Assembly: GCA_964354155.1 (NCBI GenBank)
Contig: CAYGYG010000007.1
Coordinates: 49,903 to 113,902 of the forward strand
Length of the DNA stretch: 64,000 nucleotides
Direction: 5' to 3'
Origin: an uncultured bacterium
GTDB taxonomy: Bacteria > Hydrothermota > Tepidihabitantia > SM23-42 > CAYGYG01
Part shown: positions 55,710 through 64,000 of the stretch, piece by piece
How the letters are laid out: each line of letters starts with the position of its first letter
Numbering within the stretch: the first letter of the stretch is position 1
Notes under the pieces: model-generated
What the model was told of the DNA's origin: nothing
The model's input: only the letters and a program-made list of their open reading frames with translations
Databases searched by the model: none
Program-made: the position numbers and the translations under genes

Positions 55710-58130
55710 CTAACTCTCCTCTCGAACCCGGGCGATGTCAACGACCTGGTCGCTTTCCTTCATGGTCATGACCCGGACTCCCTTGGCCGGTCGGCTCAAG
55801 ATCCGAATTTGGGCAACCGGCGTGCGAATCGCGTTGCCTTCTTTGGTCATGAGAATGATCTCGTCGGTTTCGGCGACGCCCATAGCGCCGGCAATCTCGC
55901 CGGTCTTTTTGTCGAGTTTGATGGCGATGACGCCTTTGGCGCCGCGGCGGGTGAAGCGAAAATCCTCAAACGCGGTGCGTTTGCCGTAGCCATTGCGGGT
56001 AACGATCAACAGGTGTTCATTGGGCCGGACCAGGCAGCTGCCGCAGACGGCGCCGTCTTTCTGGAGCCGGATGCCGATGACGCCGGCGGCGTTACGGCCC
56101 ATGGGCCGGACGTCCTTTTCCGAGAACTTGACCGACAGGCCATGCTTGGTGATGATGATGATGTCGTTTTTACCGTCGGTCAGTTTGGCCCCGATCAGGC
56201 TATCGCCCTTATCGAGCTTGATGGCGATGATTCCCTTGCGACGGGTATTGGCAAAATCCTCGAGCGGCACTTTCTTGACCGTGCCCTGACGGGTGGCCAT
56301 AAAAATGAAGTTTTTGTTTTCGAAGTCCTTCACCGGCAGAACCGCGGTGATCCCTTCATCTTTCGCAAGCTCAATCAGGTTGGCAATGAAGCGTCCTTTG
56401 GCCACCGGACTTGCCTCGGGTATCTCGTAGACTTTGATACAGCAGGCTTTGCCCTGGTTGGTGAAGAACAGGAGATGGTCGTGGGTCTGAGCAATCAGTA
56501 GCTCCTCGGCGAAATCCTCTTCGCCGATGTCAGTGATGGTTCGTCCCACGCCGCCCCGGATTTGCTTGCGGTAGATGGACACGGCCTGACGCTTGATGTA
56601 ACCGCGATGCGAACGCGTGATGACCATGTCTTCCAGGGCGATCAAGTCTTCGATCTTCAGCTCCTCGACTTTGCCTTCGATGATCTGCGTCCGCCGGTTG
56701 TCACCGTAGCGCTTCTTGACCTCGGCCAGCTCGCCCTTGATCACCCTCATGATACTTGCCTTGGAAGCCAGAATCGACTTCAAGCGGGCGATATCCTTGA
56801 TGAGCGCCAGATACTCCTCTTCGAGCTTGTCTTTTTCGAGACCGGTAAGCCGGGCCAATTTCATATCGAGAATAGCCTGGGCCTGAAGCTCGGTGAGCTT
56901 GAACTTCTTAATCAGGCGGGCCCGGGCTTCGTCGACGTCGCGGGAGGTCTTGATCAGTTCAACGACCGCGTCGATGTGGCTGACGGCGATCTTCAAGCCT
57001 TCCAGGATGTGAGCCTTGCGCTCAGCTTCGGCCAGTTCGAATTTCGTACGCCGGGTGACGACTTGAACCCGGAAGTCGATGAAGTGCTGAAGCGCGGTCT
57101 TGATGGGGAGCGTCTTGGGGATGTTGTCGACCAGCGCCAGGAGTGTAATGCCGAAAGTCGTCTGCAGGAGAGTGTAGCGATATAGCTGATTGAGAACCAC
57201 CTCGCGGTTGGCGTCACGCTTGAGCTCAATGACAATCCTCATGCCCTCTTTGTCCGACTCATCGCGCAAATCAGAAATGTCTTCGATCTTCTTTTCTTTC
57301 ACGAGCGCCGCAATGCGCTCAATCAGCGCGGCTTTATTGACCTGGTAGGGGATTTCGGAGATGATGATCTGATCCTTGCCGCCCTTCTTCTCTTCAAAGC
57401 CGACTTTGCCGCGAACCACGACTTTGCCTTTGCCGGTCTCGAAACTCTCTTTGATCCCTTCTTTGCCGATGATGATCCCGCCGGTGGGAAAGTCCGGGCC
57501 CTGGATATGTTTCATCAATGCCTTGGCCGTGATATCCGGGTCGTCGATGACGGCAAGCAGTCCGTCGATCAGTTCGGCGAGATTATGCGGTGGAATGTTG
57601 GTGGCCATGCCGACCGCAATGCCGGAGGAACCATTGGCCAGCAAGTGTGGGATCGCGGCGGGCATGACCGTCGGCTCCTTGAGCCGGCCGTCGTAGTTGG
57701 CAACGAAATCGACGGTCTCCTTTTCCAGGTCGTTAAGCAGTTCTCCGGCGATGGGGTTGAGTCGTGCCTCCGTATACCGGTAGGCCGCCGGTGCGTCGCC
57801 GTCGATCGAGCCGAAGTTACCCTGGCCGTCAATCAGGGGATAACGCAGTGAGAAATCTTGGGCCATCCGGGCCAGGGCGTCATAGATCGCCATGTCACCG
57901 TGCGGGTGATACTTGCCCAGGACGTCACCGATGACGGTTGCGCTTTTCTTATAAGGCCGGTTGGACAACAGACCGAGCTCTTTCATCCCAAACAGGATGC
58001 GCCGCTGCACCGGTTTGAGGCCGTCACGGACATCGGGCAAGGCCCGTCCCACGATGACGCTCATCGCATAGTTAAGATAGGAGGTTTTTATTTCATCTTC
58101 AATGTAGACGGGGGTCAGGCGCTCGGCCAT
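55710..58130 (-). CDS. gyrA: DNA gyrase subunit A
   Basis: The QRDR/active-site region is present ([34 protein letters not shown] with the catalytic Tyr context). The C-terminal beta-pinwheel repeats are present. Confidence 0.95.
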   Translation of the reverse strand: MAERLTPVYIEDEIKTSYLNYAMSVIVGRALPDVRDGLKPVQRRILFGMKELGLLSNRPYKKSATVIGDVLGKYHPHGDMAIYDALARMAQDFSLRYPLIDGQGNFGSIDGDAPAAYRYTEARLNPIAGELLNDLEKETVDFVANYDGRLKEPTVMPAAIPHLLANGSSGIAVGMATNIPPHNLAELIDGLLAVIDDPDITAKALMKHIQGPDFPTGGIIIGKEGIKESFETGKGKVVVRGKVGFEEKKGGKDQIIISEIPYQVNKAALIERIAALVKEKKIEDISDLRDESDKEGMRIVIELKRDANREVVLNQLYRYTLLQTTFGITLLALVDNIPKTLPIKTALQHFIDFRVQVVTRRTKFELAEAERKAHILEGLKIAVSHIDAVVELIKTSRDVDEARARLIKKFKLTELQAQAILDMKLARLTGLEKDKLEEEYLALIKDIARLKSILASKASIMRVIKGELAEVKKRYGDNRRTQIIEGKVEELKIEDLIALEDMVITRSHRGYIKRQAVSIYRKQIRGGVGRTITDIGEEDFAEELLIAQTHDHLLFFTNQGKACCIKVYEIPEASPVAKGRFIANLIELAKDEGITAVLPVKDFENKNFIFMATRQGTVKKVPLEDFANTRRKGIIAIKLDKGDSLIGAKLTDGKNDIIIITKHGLSVKFSEKDVRPMGRNAAGVIGIRLQKDGAVCGSCLVRPNEHLLIVTRNGYGKRTAFEDFRFTRRGAKGVIAIKLDKKTGEIAGAMGVAETDEIILMTKEGNAIRTPVAQIRILSRPAKGVRVMTMKESDQVVDIARVREES

Positions 58131-58150
58131 GGCCCTATTATACCCGGGAA

Positions 58151-59257
58151 TCAGTCAGTGTCAATGGGTACAAATCGGTACGCGACCCAACCCAGAACCG
58201 ACATCACCGCGGCTGAAACCATCAGCACTTCGAAGCCAAAAGAGCTCAAGAACCCGCCCAGCAGTGGTCCGACGATGCCGCAGAGACCGGCGACCGAATT
58301 GAAGATGCCGATCGATGTGGCCCGTTCGACATTACGTTCCAGGAGGAACTTGAGCGAGCCCAGATAGAGACCGGACCAGGACAGGGCCAGAACGATTTGA
58401 ATCAACGCGAACAGCTTGTAGTCTTTGACCACGCCGAAGAGCACGAAGGTGAGGGCCGAAAAGATCAAGCCCAGCGGTACGAGCTTGGTCGATTTATGGC
58501 GGTCAAGAAAGAGCATGAAGAAGAATTGGGCGACGGGATTGATCGTGTAGACGACACCGATCCAGAATTTGTCCGCGCCCATGGCGGACAAGAACAGCGG
58601 GTAGACGGCCCAGACGCCCATGGCCCCGGTATGACGGAGGAAAAACGCCAGGTAGACTCTGAGATTCTTCCGGATAATTGACAAAGGCAGGAGCGGGGGC
58701 GGGCTGATCTTCTTGTTAACACGGTCGGTCATGGCCCGCGAGAAGAGGAAGGCGATGAGAAAGAGGACTGCGGACATGATGAAAAGGATTTGATAGTTGC
58801 CGACAAGGCCGGAGACGAACGAACCGACACCCCAGCCGAGCGAGCCGGCGGCGGTGAAGATCCCGAAGACGAAATTGGACTCGAAGACAAGGGACGCCAG
58901 TGCCGCCGGGTACATACCAGCAGTAAAGCCGGTAAGGATTCGAATGATGAAGAGCGACTTCAAGTCATGGACCAGGAGGTGGAGCAGAAAGCTGGCGCCG
59001 CAAAGGGCAAGGCCGAGGTTGACGAAATGCTTCTTACCTTGAGCGTCGGCCATCCGGCCGAAAAGAACCGACGCGAGAAGAATGGCACCGTTGTAGCTGG
59101 CGACGACGAGACCGATCAGAAACCGATTGCGGGTAAAGCTATCCGCCATCAGCGGGACAAAGATCGAGGTCGTAACCATGGCCGCATTGGTGAGGAATTG
59201 AACCACGTAGACGCTGGAATTCCTCGGATGATAAAACGAACCGGAATTACTCATCAA
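58151..59257 (-). CDS. MFS transporter
   Basis: It has 12 predicted transmembrane helices. Confidence 0.7.
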   Translation of the reverse strand: MMSNSGSFYHPRNSSVYVVQFLTNAAMVTTSIFVPLMADSFTRNRFLIGLVVASYNGAILLASVLFGRMADAQGKKHFVNLGLALCGASFLLHLLVHDLKSLFIIRILTGFTAGMYPAALASLVFESNFVFGIFTAAGSLGWGVGSFVSGLVGNYQILFIMSAVLFLIAFLFSRAMTDRVNKKISPPPLLPLSIIRKNLRVYLAFFLRHTGAMGVWAVYPLFLSAMGADKFWIGVVYTINPVAQFFFMLFLDRHKSTKLVPLGLIFSALTFVLFGVVKDYKLFALIQIVLALSWSGLYLGSLKFLLERNVERATSIGIFNSVAGLCGIVGPLLGGFLSSFGFEVLMVSAAVMSVLGWVAYRFVPIDTD

Positions 59258-59388
59258 TTCAGGCTTGAATCAGGAGTGGGGCGTACGGTGCCATGGCCGA
59301 TTATAGCCGGATTCAGGCCGGTTTCAACCGAAAACCCGGGATAAGGAAGCAAGGGTGAGACCTCCGGGAGGAACCGGCGCGGGAGGGA

Positions 59389-60648
59389 TCAGATCTTGGA
59401 ACCGAGCGGGAGTCTGATTCGGACCGTTGTGCCGAACTTGACCTGGCTTTCGATCTCCACGGTCCCGTCGTGGAGTTCAACCACCTTTCGTACAAAGGGT
59501 AGTCCCAGGCCCACACCGCCTTCCTTCGAGCTGAAAAAGGGATAGAAGACCCGGTCCAGATCTTGAGGCGCAATGCCGACCCCGTCATCGCTGATTTCAA
59601 TCACGATACCCCCGTCATCGCAACGGGTCGTGACCGTCAGCTGTCCCTTAGGTTTTGCTTCAAGCGCATTCTTGATGACGTTGGTGAAGGCGCGGGTCAG
59701 CAATTCCCAATCGCCGGTAGTCTCAGGCAAATCCGGCTGCAGGTTGCGGCGGAACTTGACGCCCCGGGGCGGCCGCAAATCGGAGAGGATGTCTTCAAGA
59801 AGGCTATTGATAATGAGACTTGACGAGTCGAGTTTCATGGGCCGGGTGAAGTCAATAATGTGCTTGATCAGGCCTTCCATAAGGCGCAGTTCCTTGTCGA
59901 TGAGGGCGATGGTGTTCTTACGGCGCGGCTTGCCTCTCACCAATCCGGCGATGGCCGCCAGCGAGTTGCGAAACTCGTGGGCGACGAGCGAAGCCAAGCG
60001 TTGGATTTCTTCTTCCTTCTTGCGCAGCCGGGACAGCATTTCGTCGAAAGACTGGCGTAAGAAGTCTTCTTGGCGCGTTGAGATGCCGAGGTCGGTTATC
60101 CGGTCCAGGACCGTGTCGATGGGACGCAGCGCGCGCCAGACCAGGAAAACGCCGAGACCGCCGACAAAAACCAAAGATACGACGAGGTAGATGAACTGCC
60201 AGCGGGCGAGAAGGTTTATATGTTCATGGGCGGTCAGGTCGAGATAGAGAAACGCATAACGGTACTGGCCGTTAACGTCGGTCGTGATGCTGACAAAACC
60301 GTCCTCGACCGCGACTAACCTGCCTTCATTAAGCATGCGTCGGTCGACATTACGGATTGCCTCGAAGGTTCCTTGTTGAAGGAAGGTGTCGTAGATAAAC
60401 CGGCCGGTCGTGTCGGTAATCACGAACCGCGCCAGGTTGAAGCCGCGGCTTATTATGCGGTAGCTGTTTTCGTTGGGTGGCAGCGAATTGATGACGCTGA
60501 CGATGACCGAGACCTGATTGAGCAGCGCATCGTGCTGGGTGCGGCGAAATTGAAGCAGAAGGTATATGTTGACGAGGCCGGCGAAGATGACGGCGAGGAG
60601 GAAGACAAGGCTTGCCCCTCGGATTTCACGCAGACGGTCTGGTTTCAT
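59389..60648 (-). CDS. Sensor histidine kinase (two TM helices, HisKA + HATPase_c)
   Basis: The H-box is VAHEFRNSLAAI. The N-box (NVIKNALEA) and G-boxes (DDGVGI; GGVGLGLPFV) are present. It overlaps the upstream protease gene by 1 nt (TAATG). Confidence 0.8.
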   Translation of the reverse strand: MKPDRLREIRGASLVFLLAVIFAGLVNIYLLLQFRRTQHDALLNQVSVIVSVINSLPPNENSYRIISRGFNLARFVITDTTGRFIYDTFLQQGTFEAIRNVDRRMLNEGRLVAVEDGFVSITTDVNGQYRYAFLYLDLTAHEHINLLARWQFIYLVVSLVFVGGLGVFLVWRALRPIDTVLDRITDLGISTRQEDFLRQSFDEMLSRLRKKEEEIQRLASLVAHEFRNSLAAIAGLVRGKPRRKNTIALIDKELRLMEGLIKHIIDFTRPMKLDSSSLIINSLLEDILSDLRPPRGVKFRRNLQPDLPETTGDWELLTRAFTNVIKNALEAKPKGQLTVTTRCDDGGIVIEISDDGVGIAPQDLDRVFYPFFSSKEGGVGLGLPFVRKVVELHDGTVEIESQVKFGTTVRIRLPLGSKI

Positions 60649-62315
60649 TACCTGATGATCGTCAGCCGGCCTTTGTTGCGTTCAGCTTTTTCGCCCAGGC
60701 TCTCAAACAGGTAGAAATACATGCCGCTGGTGACTTCCTGGTTTTTGTCGTTTTTCAAATCCCAGAACGCGCGACGGGTGTAGCGGTCGACCTCGCTGCC
60801 CGGCACATCCAGGGTACGGATTTTCTCGGCCGCGATGTTGAAGATCGTCACTTTGAACTCAGGATACGTGTTGATAAATTCGGTGGAATCAGACGGTACG
60901 TAGGTGATGATGAGCTTATTGACGGTCTGGGATTTTACGTAGGGATTGGGGAAGGAATAGACCCGTCCGAGCAGAACCGGGGTCACCCACAAATCAGCAT
61001 GCATGAGCGACTCGGCCGCCGAAATATTGTAAACCCAGACACCGGTCGGGTTGCCGATGTAGTCGTAGCTTGCCGGCCGGGACGTATCGCCGAACCCGTA
61101 CGAAGAGCTCTTCCACAGATCGGCTTCTGAACCGCGGTCCGAACCGGACAGGGTTGGGCTGGTGTGACCGTCGGCCTGCATTATTCCAACGATGGGGTGA
61201 TCATCGTCACGGTTATCGCTCTTGCGGTCGTCGATGTGAAGAATCAACAGCCCGTTGCCGGGCAGCCCCCGGTCAAAACCGGCACGATATCGGTTTTCAA
61301 CGAGGAAGTACTCGCCTGAACCTTGACCGCTTTCTTTCCAGTCCGGGCCTTTCGGATCCTCAAGCATTCGGTACGATGTGGAATCGGTTGCGGCGGCGGG
61401 CAGGGGAGCATTCTTGATTTCCTTCAGTCCGCGACGTTCTATTGCTACCGGGGTCGACCACCCGAGCTGGTACTTGGCCCAGGCGCAGGGATGGACCGGC
61501 GACGAGCCCGGCGGGTCGCTGGGCGCAGCCCGTGCCCAGGAGCCGGCGGCCATCAGGCAGAAAACCCCCATACCGTTCGAGGAGTAGTCGATGTCGTAAA
61601 GGTCGGGCAGGCCGATCTGATGCCCGAATTCATGGACAAAGACGCCGACGGTAATGAGTGAGGCCGGGCTGTTGAATTTCTCCGGCTCGGTCGAATAGTG
61701 ATCAACGCGCACACCTTCCTGCGTCTGGTAAGGTCCGGGGCAGCCCATCGAATTGTCCGAAAGCTGCCATTTGTGGGACCAGATGTGGCGTGGATCACCG
61801 GTTTCTTCAGCCCCGGGTCCGGCGTGGACGATGAAGACATTATCGACAACGCCGTCGCCGTTCTCGTCAAACTGGGCGAAGTTGACGAAGGGATCGATCA
61901 GCCGGCAGGCTTCGTAGACTAAGCCTTGAGAATTCCTCGGGTAATTACTGTAAATGCCGAAGGAATCTCCGACATAGTAGCTGTAGGTACTGGCGGCTCT
62001 CTGCCAATCGGTCACCAGACTGGTCTGGTCGATCAGTAGTTTGCCATAGGAAGCTTCTTGGTAGTAGTTGCGCATCGACTTGGCGCTGGTGCCGTAGATG
62101 AGGGAATCGAAATTGTACTTGGCGTACGAGTAGGCGTTATCCGGGAAATCGACGAGAATGACCAGGGCTTTCTTTGTGCCGAAGATCCGCTCGATCCGGA
62201 CCGGCTTGTCAACCATGCCCGGCATCCTGGGAATATGGAAGCCGATCTTAGCGTCAGCATAGGGATTGGGCGGCATGAGAAACAGGAAGGAAGTCAGAAG
62301 GAACGTCAACATCAT
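60648..62315 (-). CDS. M6-family (immune-inhibitor-A-like) metalloprotease domain protein with T9SS C-terminal domain
   Basis: It has the zinc motif 'HEFGHQIGLPDLYD' characteristic of M6/InhA. The C-terminal domain matches the T9SS pattern (YSFPNPYVKSQTVNKLII...GMYFYLFESLG...RLTIIR). Confidence 0.7.
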   Translation of the reverse strand: MMLTFLLTSFLFLMPPNPYADAKIGFHIPRMPGMVDKPVRIERIFGTKKALVILVDFPDNAYSYAKYNFDSLIYGTSAKSMRNYYQEASYGKLLIDQTSLVTDWQRAASTYSYYVGDSFGIYSNYPRNSQGLVYEACRLIDPFVNFAQFDENGDGVVDNVFIVHAGPGAEETGDPRHIWSHKWQLSDNSMGCPGPYQTQEGVRVDHYSTEPEKFNSPASLITVGVFVHEFGHQIGLPDLYDIDYSSNGMGVFCLMAAGSWARAAPSDPPGSSPVHPCAWAKYQLGWSTPVAIERRGLKEIKNAPLPAAATDSTSYRMLEDPKGPDWKESGQGSGEYFLVENRYRAGFDRGLPGNGLLILHIDDRKSDNRDDDHPIVGIMQADGHTSPTLSGSDRGSEADLWKSSSYGFGDTSRPASYDYIGNPTGVWVYNISAAESLMHADLWVTPVLLGRVYSFPNPYVKSQTVNKLIITYVPSDSTEFINTYPEFKVTIFNIAAEKIRTLDVPGSEVDRYTRRAFWDLKNDKNQEVTSGMYFYLFESLGEKAERNKGRLTIIR

Positions 62316-62410
62316 ATTAGAGGGATTATAGTCAAGCGCCCAAGATTGTCAACGGTGGGGTGTGGTCGGTGTAGCGGTGGCATCGCCATTTCATGTCTTA
62401 ATAAAAATTC

Positions 62411-62486
62411 GCGTGATAAATCTTTTTTGTAGGAAGTTTGATAAATCAAACCGCTACAGGTATGTGCGATAAATCGCACCGCTACG
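62411..62486. repeat. Array of three palindromic GATAAATC boxes (GTGATAAATC; TTGATAAATCAA-ACCGCTACAGG; GCGATAAATCGC-ACCGCTACGG) in the promoter region of the M6-protease/kinase operon
   Basis: The boxes are spaced 26-28 bp apart. Two are perfect 12-bp palindromes, each followed by an ACCGCTAC tail. The inverted copy GTAGCGGT lies at 62363. Confidence 0.5.
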
Positions 62487-62505
62487 GTTAAATTGTGCTT
62501 TGTGC

Positions 62506-63000
62506 CTATTCGGTTCTCGTTATTTTCTGTTTTGCCGCGCGCAGCAAATAGGTCTTGCCGTCTTTGACCGAAACCAACCGGACGACGGCCTCGACCTCAA
62601 TGCCCGACTCCCATTTGGGACCATCACCGGCTGACTTCTCGAGCTGGTTCGGTTCGGTACCCCGGTTCTCGCCGGTAAAGTCGGTCTCCCACAGCTCCTT
62701 CCGGTCCTTGATGACCCAGAGACGGTCGGCGTTGAGGCCGGGCGGGAACTCGAGTCCATCATGGGCCGTGATCTTGATCACCGCCATCAGGGGCGAACCT
62801 GCGGGCGGGGTCATCGGCATGAAATCGCGCCAGAGGTGCGCGGCAATCGTATAGGTTCGGCCTTCGACCTGGAGTTTCTCGGGTGTCGCCAGGAGGGCTT
62901 CAATCGTAATCACCGGCGGCGCGGTCTTGGTGAATCGGCATCCGATCGCCGATAGGGCCATAACGGCCACGATGGCAACAAAAGTCGTTAGTCTCAACAT
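62506..63000 (-). CDS. Hypothetical lipoprotein
   Basis: The internal ATG gives the signal peptide MLRLTTFVAIVAVMALSAIGC with a lipobox. Confidence 0.4.
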   Translation of the reverse strand: MLRLTTFVAIVAVMALSAIGCRFTKTAPPVITIEALLATPEKLQVEGRTYTIAAHLWRDFMPMTPPAGSPLMAVIKITAHDGLEFPPGLNADRLWVIKDRKELWETDFTGENRGTEPNQLEKSAGDGPKWESGIEVEAVVRLVSVKDGKTYLLRAAKQKITRTE

Positions 63001-63013
63001 GATTCCTCCTTTT

Positions 63014-64000
63014 CTACTTTCCAACACAGAACTCAGCGAAGATCCTATTCAGGATATCCTCGGGCGCGACCGTGCCGACGAGTTCCCCGAGCGCATCGAG
63101 CGCAATGCGCAGTTCCACGGCAACGGTCTCGTAGTATTCCTGGTCTACGGCACGGGTCAAAGCGGCCCGGGCTTTTTCGAGAGCGTCGATGTGCCGGCGC
63201 CGCGTGATGAAAAGCCCTTCGACCGGCGGCAGTCCGGTGAACTGGTTGACGATTTCCTGTTTCAGGCTTTCGATTCCGTCACCGGTCTGGGCCGAGACTT
63301 CGATATGCTTGCAGGCCGGACTGCGGCGGATCACCGCGGCCTTGTCCAGAACTCGGTTCAGGTCGCTCTTGTTGAAGACCAAAATCGTTTTCTTGCCGCC
63401 GGCCTGGTCTACGAATTCATCGTCGGCGGTCGAGGCCGGCGCCGAAAGATCGAAGACAACGAGCAACAGCTGAGCCTGCGCCACGAGCGCCTCAGTTTTC
63501 TGGCGCGCCGCGGCTTCGATTTCATTGACCGGTCCGGCGAGCCCGGCAGTATCAACCATGCGAAAATGATGATCACCGATCGTAGTGTCTTCTTCAACGT
63601 AGTCCCGGGTCGTGCCCGGCATCCCGGTGACGATGACCCGGTCTTGACCAATGATTTGATTAAAGAGACTCGATTTGCCGACGTTGGCCCGGCCCACGAT
63701 TACGATCCGGGGTCCTTCCCGCAGCACAACACCGGCGTCGGCACCGGCCACCAGCCGGGTCAGGGGTCCGGTTTCCTCCCGGATGCGGGTCTTGAGTTCG
63801 GGCAGTTCTTGCCATTTTTCGTCTTCGGGGAAGTCAAGATTGGCCTCAACTTGCACGAGGAGCGTGGTCAGACGACCGGCAGTTTCCCGGACGCGGCGCG
63901 AAAGCGCTCCGGTGAGCTGCTGTAACGCGTTCTTTCTCGTCCATTCGCCCCGGGCGGTTGCCAGGTCAAGAACGGCCTCGGCCTGGACCAAATCGAGCTT
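63014..64000 (-). CDS. mnmE: tRNA modification GTPase MnmE (TrmE), 3' portion; gene continues beyond window end
   Basis: The G-domain motifs are present (GRANVGKSSL; DTAG; NKSD). The C-terminus ends in the FCVGK (CxGK) motif. Confidence 0.8.
   Translation of the reverse strand, partial: KLDLVQAEAVLDLATARGEWTRKNALQQLTGALSRRVRETAGRLTTLLVQVEANLDFPEDEKWQELPELKTRIREETGPLTRLVAGADAGVVLREGPRIVIVGRANVGKSSLFNQIIGQDRVIVTGMPGTTRDYVEEDTTIGDHHFRMVDTAGLAGPVNEIEAAARQKTEALVAQAQLLLVVFDLSAPASTADDEFVDQAGGKKTILVFNKSDLNRVLDKAAVIRRSPACKHIEVSAQTGDGIESLKQEIVNQFTGLPPVEGLFITRRRHIDALEKARAALTRAVDQEYYETVAVELRIALDALGELVGTVAPEDILNRIFAEFCVGK

Noticed and set aside
1-64000. Global recoding of UGA to Gly or Trp (genetic code 25 or 4) was considered as an alternative explanation for the four in-frame TGAs.
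   Set aside because: Many well-defined genes in the window terminate at TGA with correct family C-termini (5064-5528, 5939-6493, 11319-12686, 15475-16500). The TGA in the redoxin domain sits at the catalytic Cys position, where Gly or Trp would be non-functional.
1-64000. The window was scanned for CRISPR arrays, reverse transcriptases/DGRs, integrases, transposases and rRNA/tRNA genes.
   Set aside because: No regularly spaced direct repeats with unique spacers were found. No RT, integrase or transposase motifs were found. No rRNA- or tRNA-like sequences were found. The only repeat families are the palindromic elements reported above.

Overview
This 64 kb window appears to come from an uncultivated, probably anaerobic Gram-negative bacterium with about 58% GC. 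It contains about 55 genes.

The window is dominated by an unusually dense set of secreted proteins carrying C-terminal type-IX secretion (T9SS) sorting domains. These cargo proteins include BNR/Asp-box repeat proteins, a beta-helix protein, a purple-acid-phosphatase-like enzyme, an M6 metalloprotease, a LVIVD-repeat/thioredoxin-like protein and several proteins of unknown function. Two PorV/PorQ-like outer-membrane beta-barrel genes sit among the cargo genes at the 5' end.

Other blocks are:
- a corrinoid-dependent methyltransferase cluster (9584-16500) with a corrinoid protein, two URO-D-family methyltransferases, a RACo-type reductive activase, and an inserted 2-hydroxyacyl-CoA-dehydratase-like pair;
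- an adenylate cyclase fused to a STAND ATPase and TPR repeats;
- an oxidative-stress island (msrAB, MscL, rubrerythrin-like, desulforedoxin-like, desulfoferrodoxin, a peroxiredoxin fused to a ferritin-like domain, nitroreductase, cysteine desulfurase);
- housekeeping genes (cysS, rmlA/C/B-like, purQ, dCMP deaminase, gyrA, partial mnmE), a K+ channel, an OPT transporter, two MFS transporters and a sensor kinase.

The most notable signal is that four independent T9SS cargo genes are each interrupted by a single in-frame TGA that is followed 17-36 nt downstream by a stable hairpin. In one of them the TGA falls exactly where the first cysteine of a TlpA/thioredoxin WCxxC motif would be, giving W-U-P-L-C. 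This argues for selenocysteine-containing secreted T9SS cargo rather than pseudogenes.

The window also shows several leaderless promoters, two families of structured palindromic repeats, and a low-GC toxin/antitoxin-like islet.
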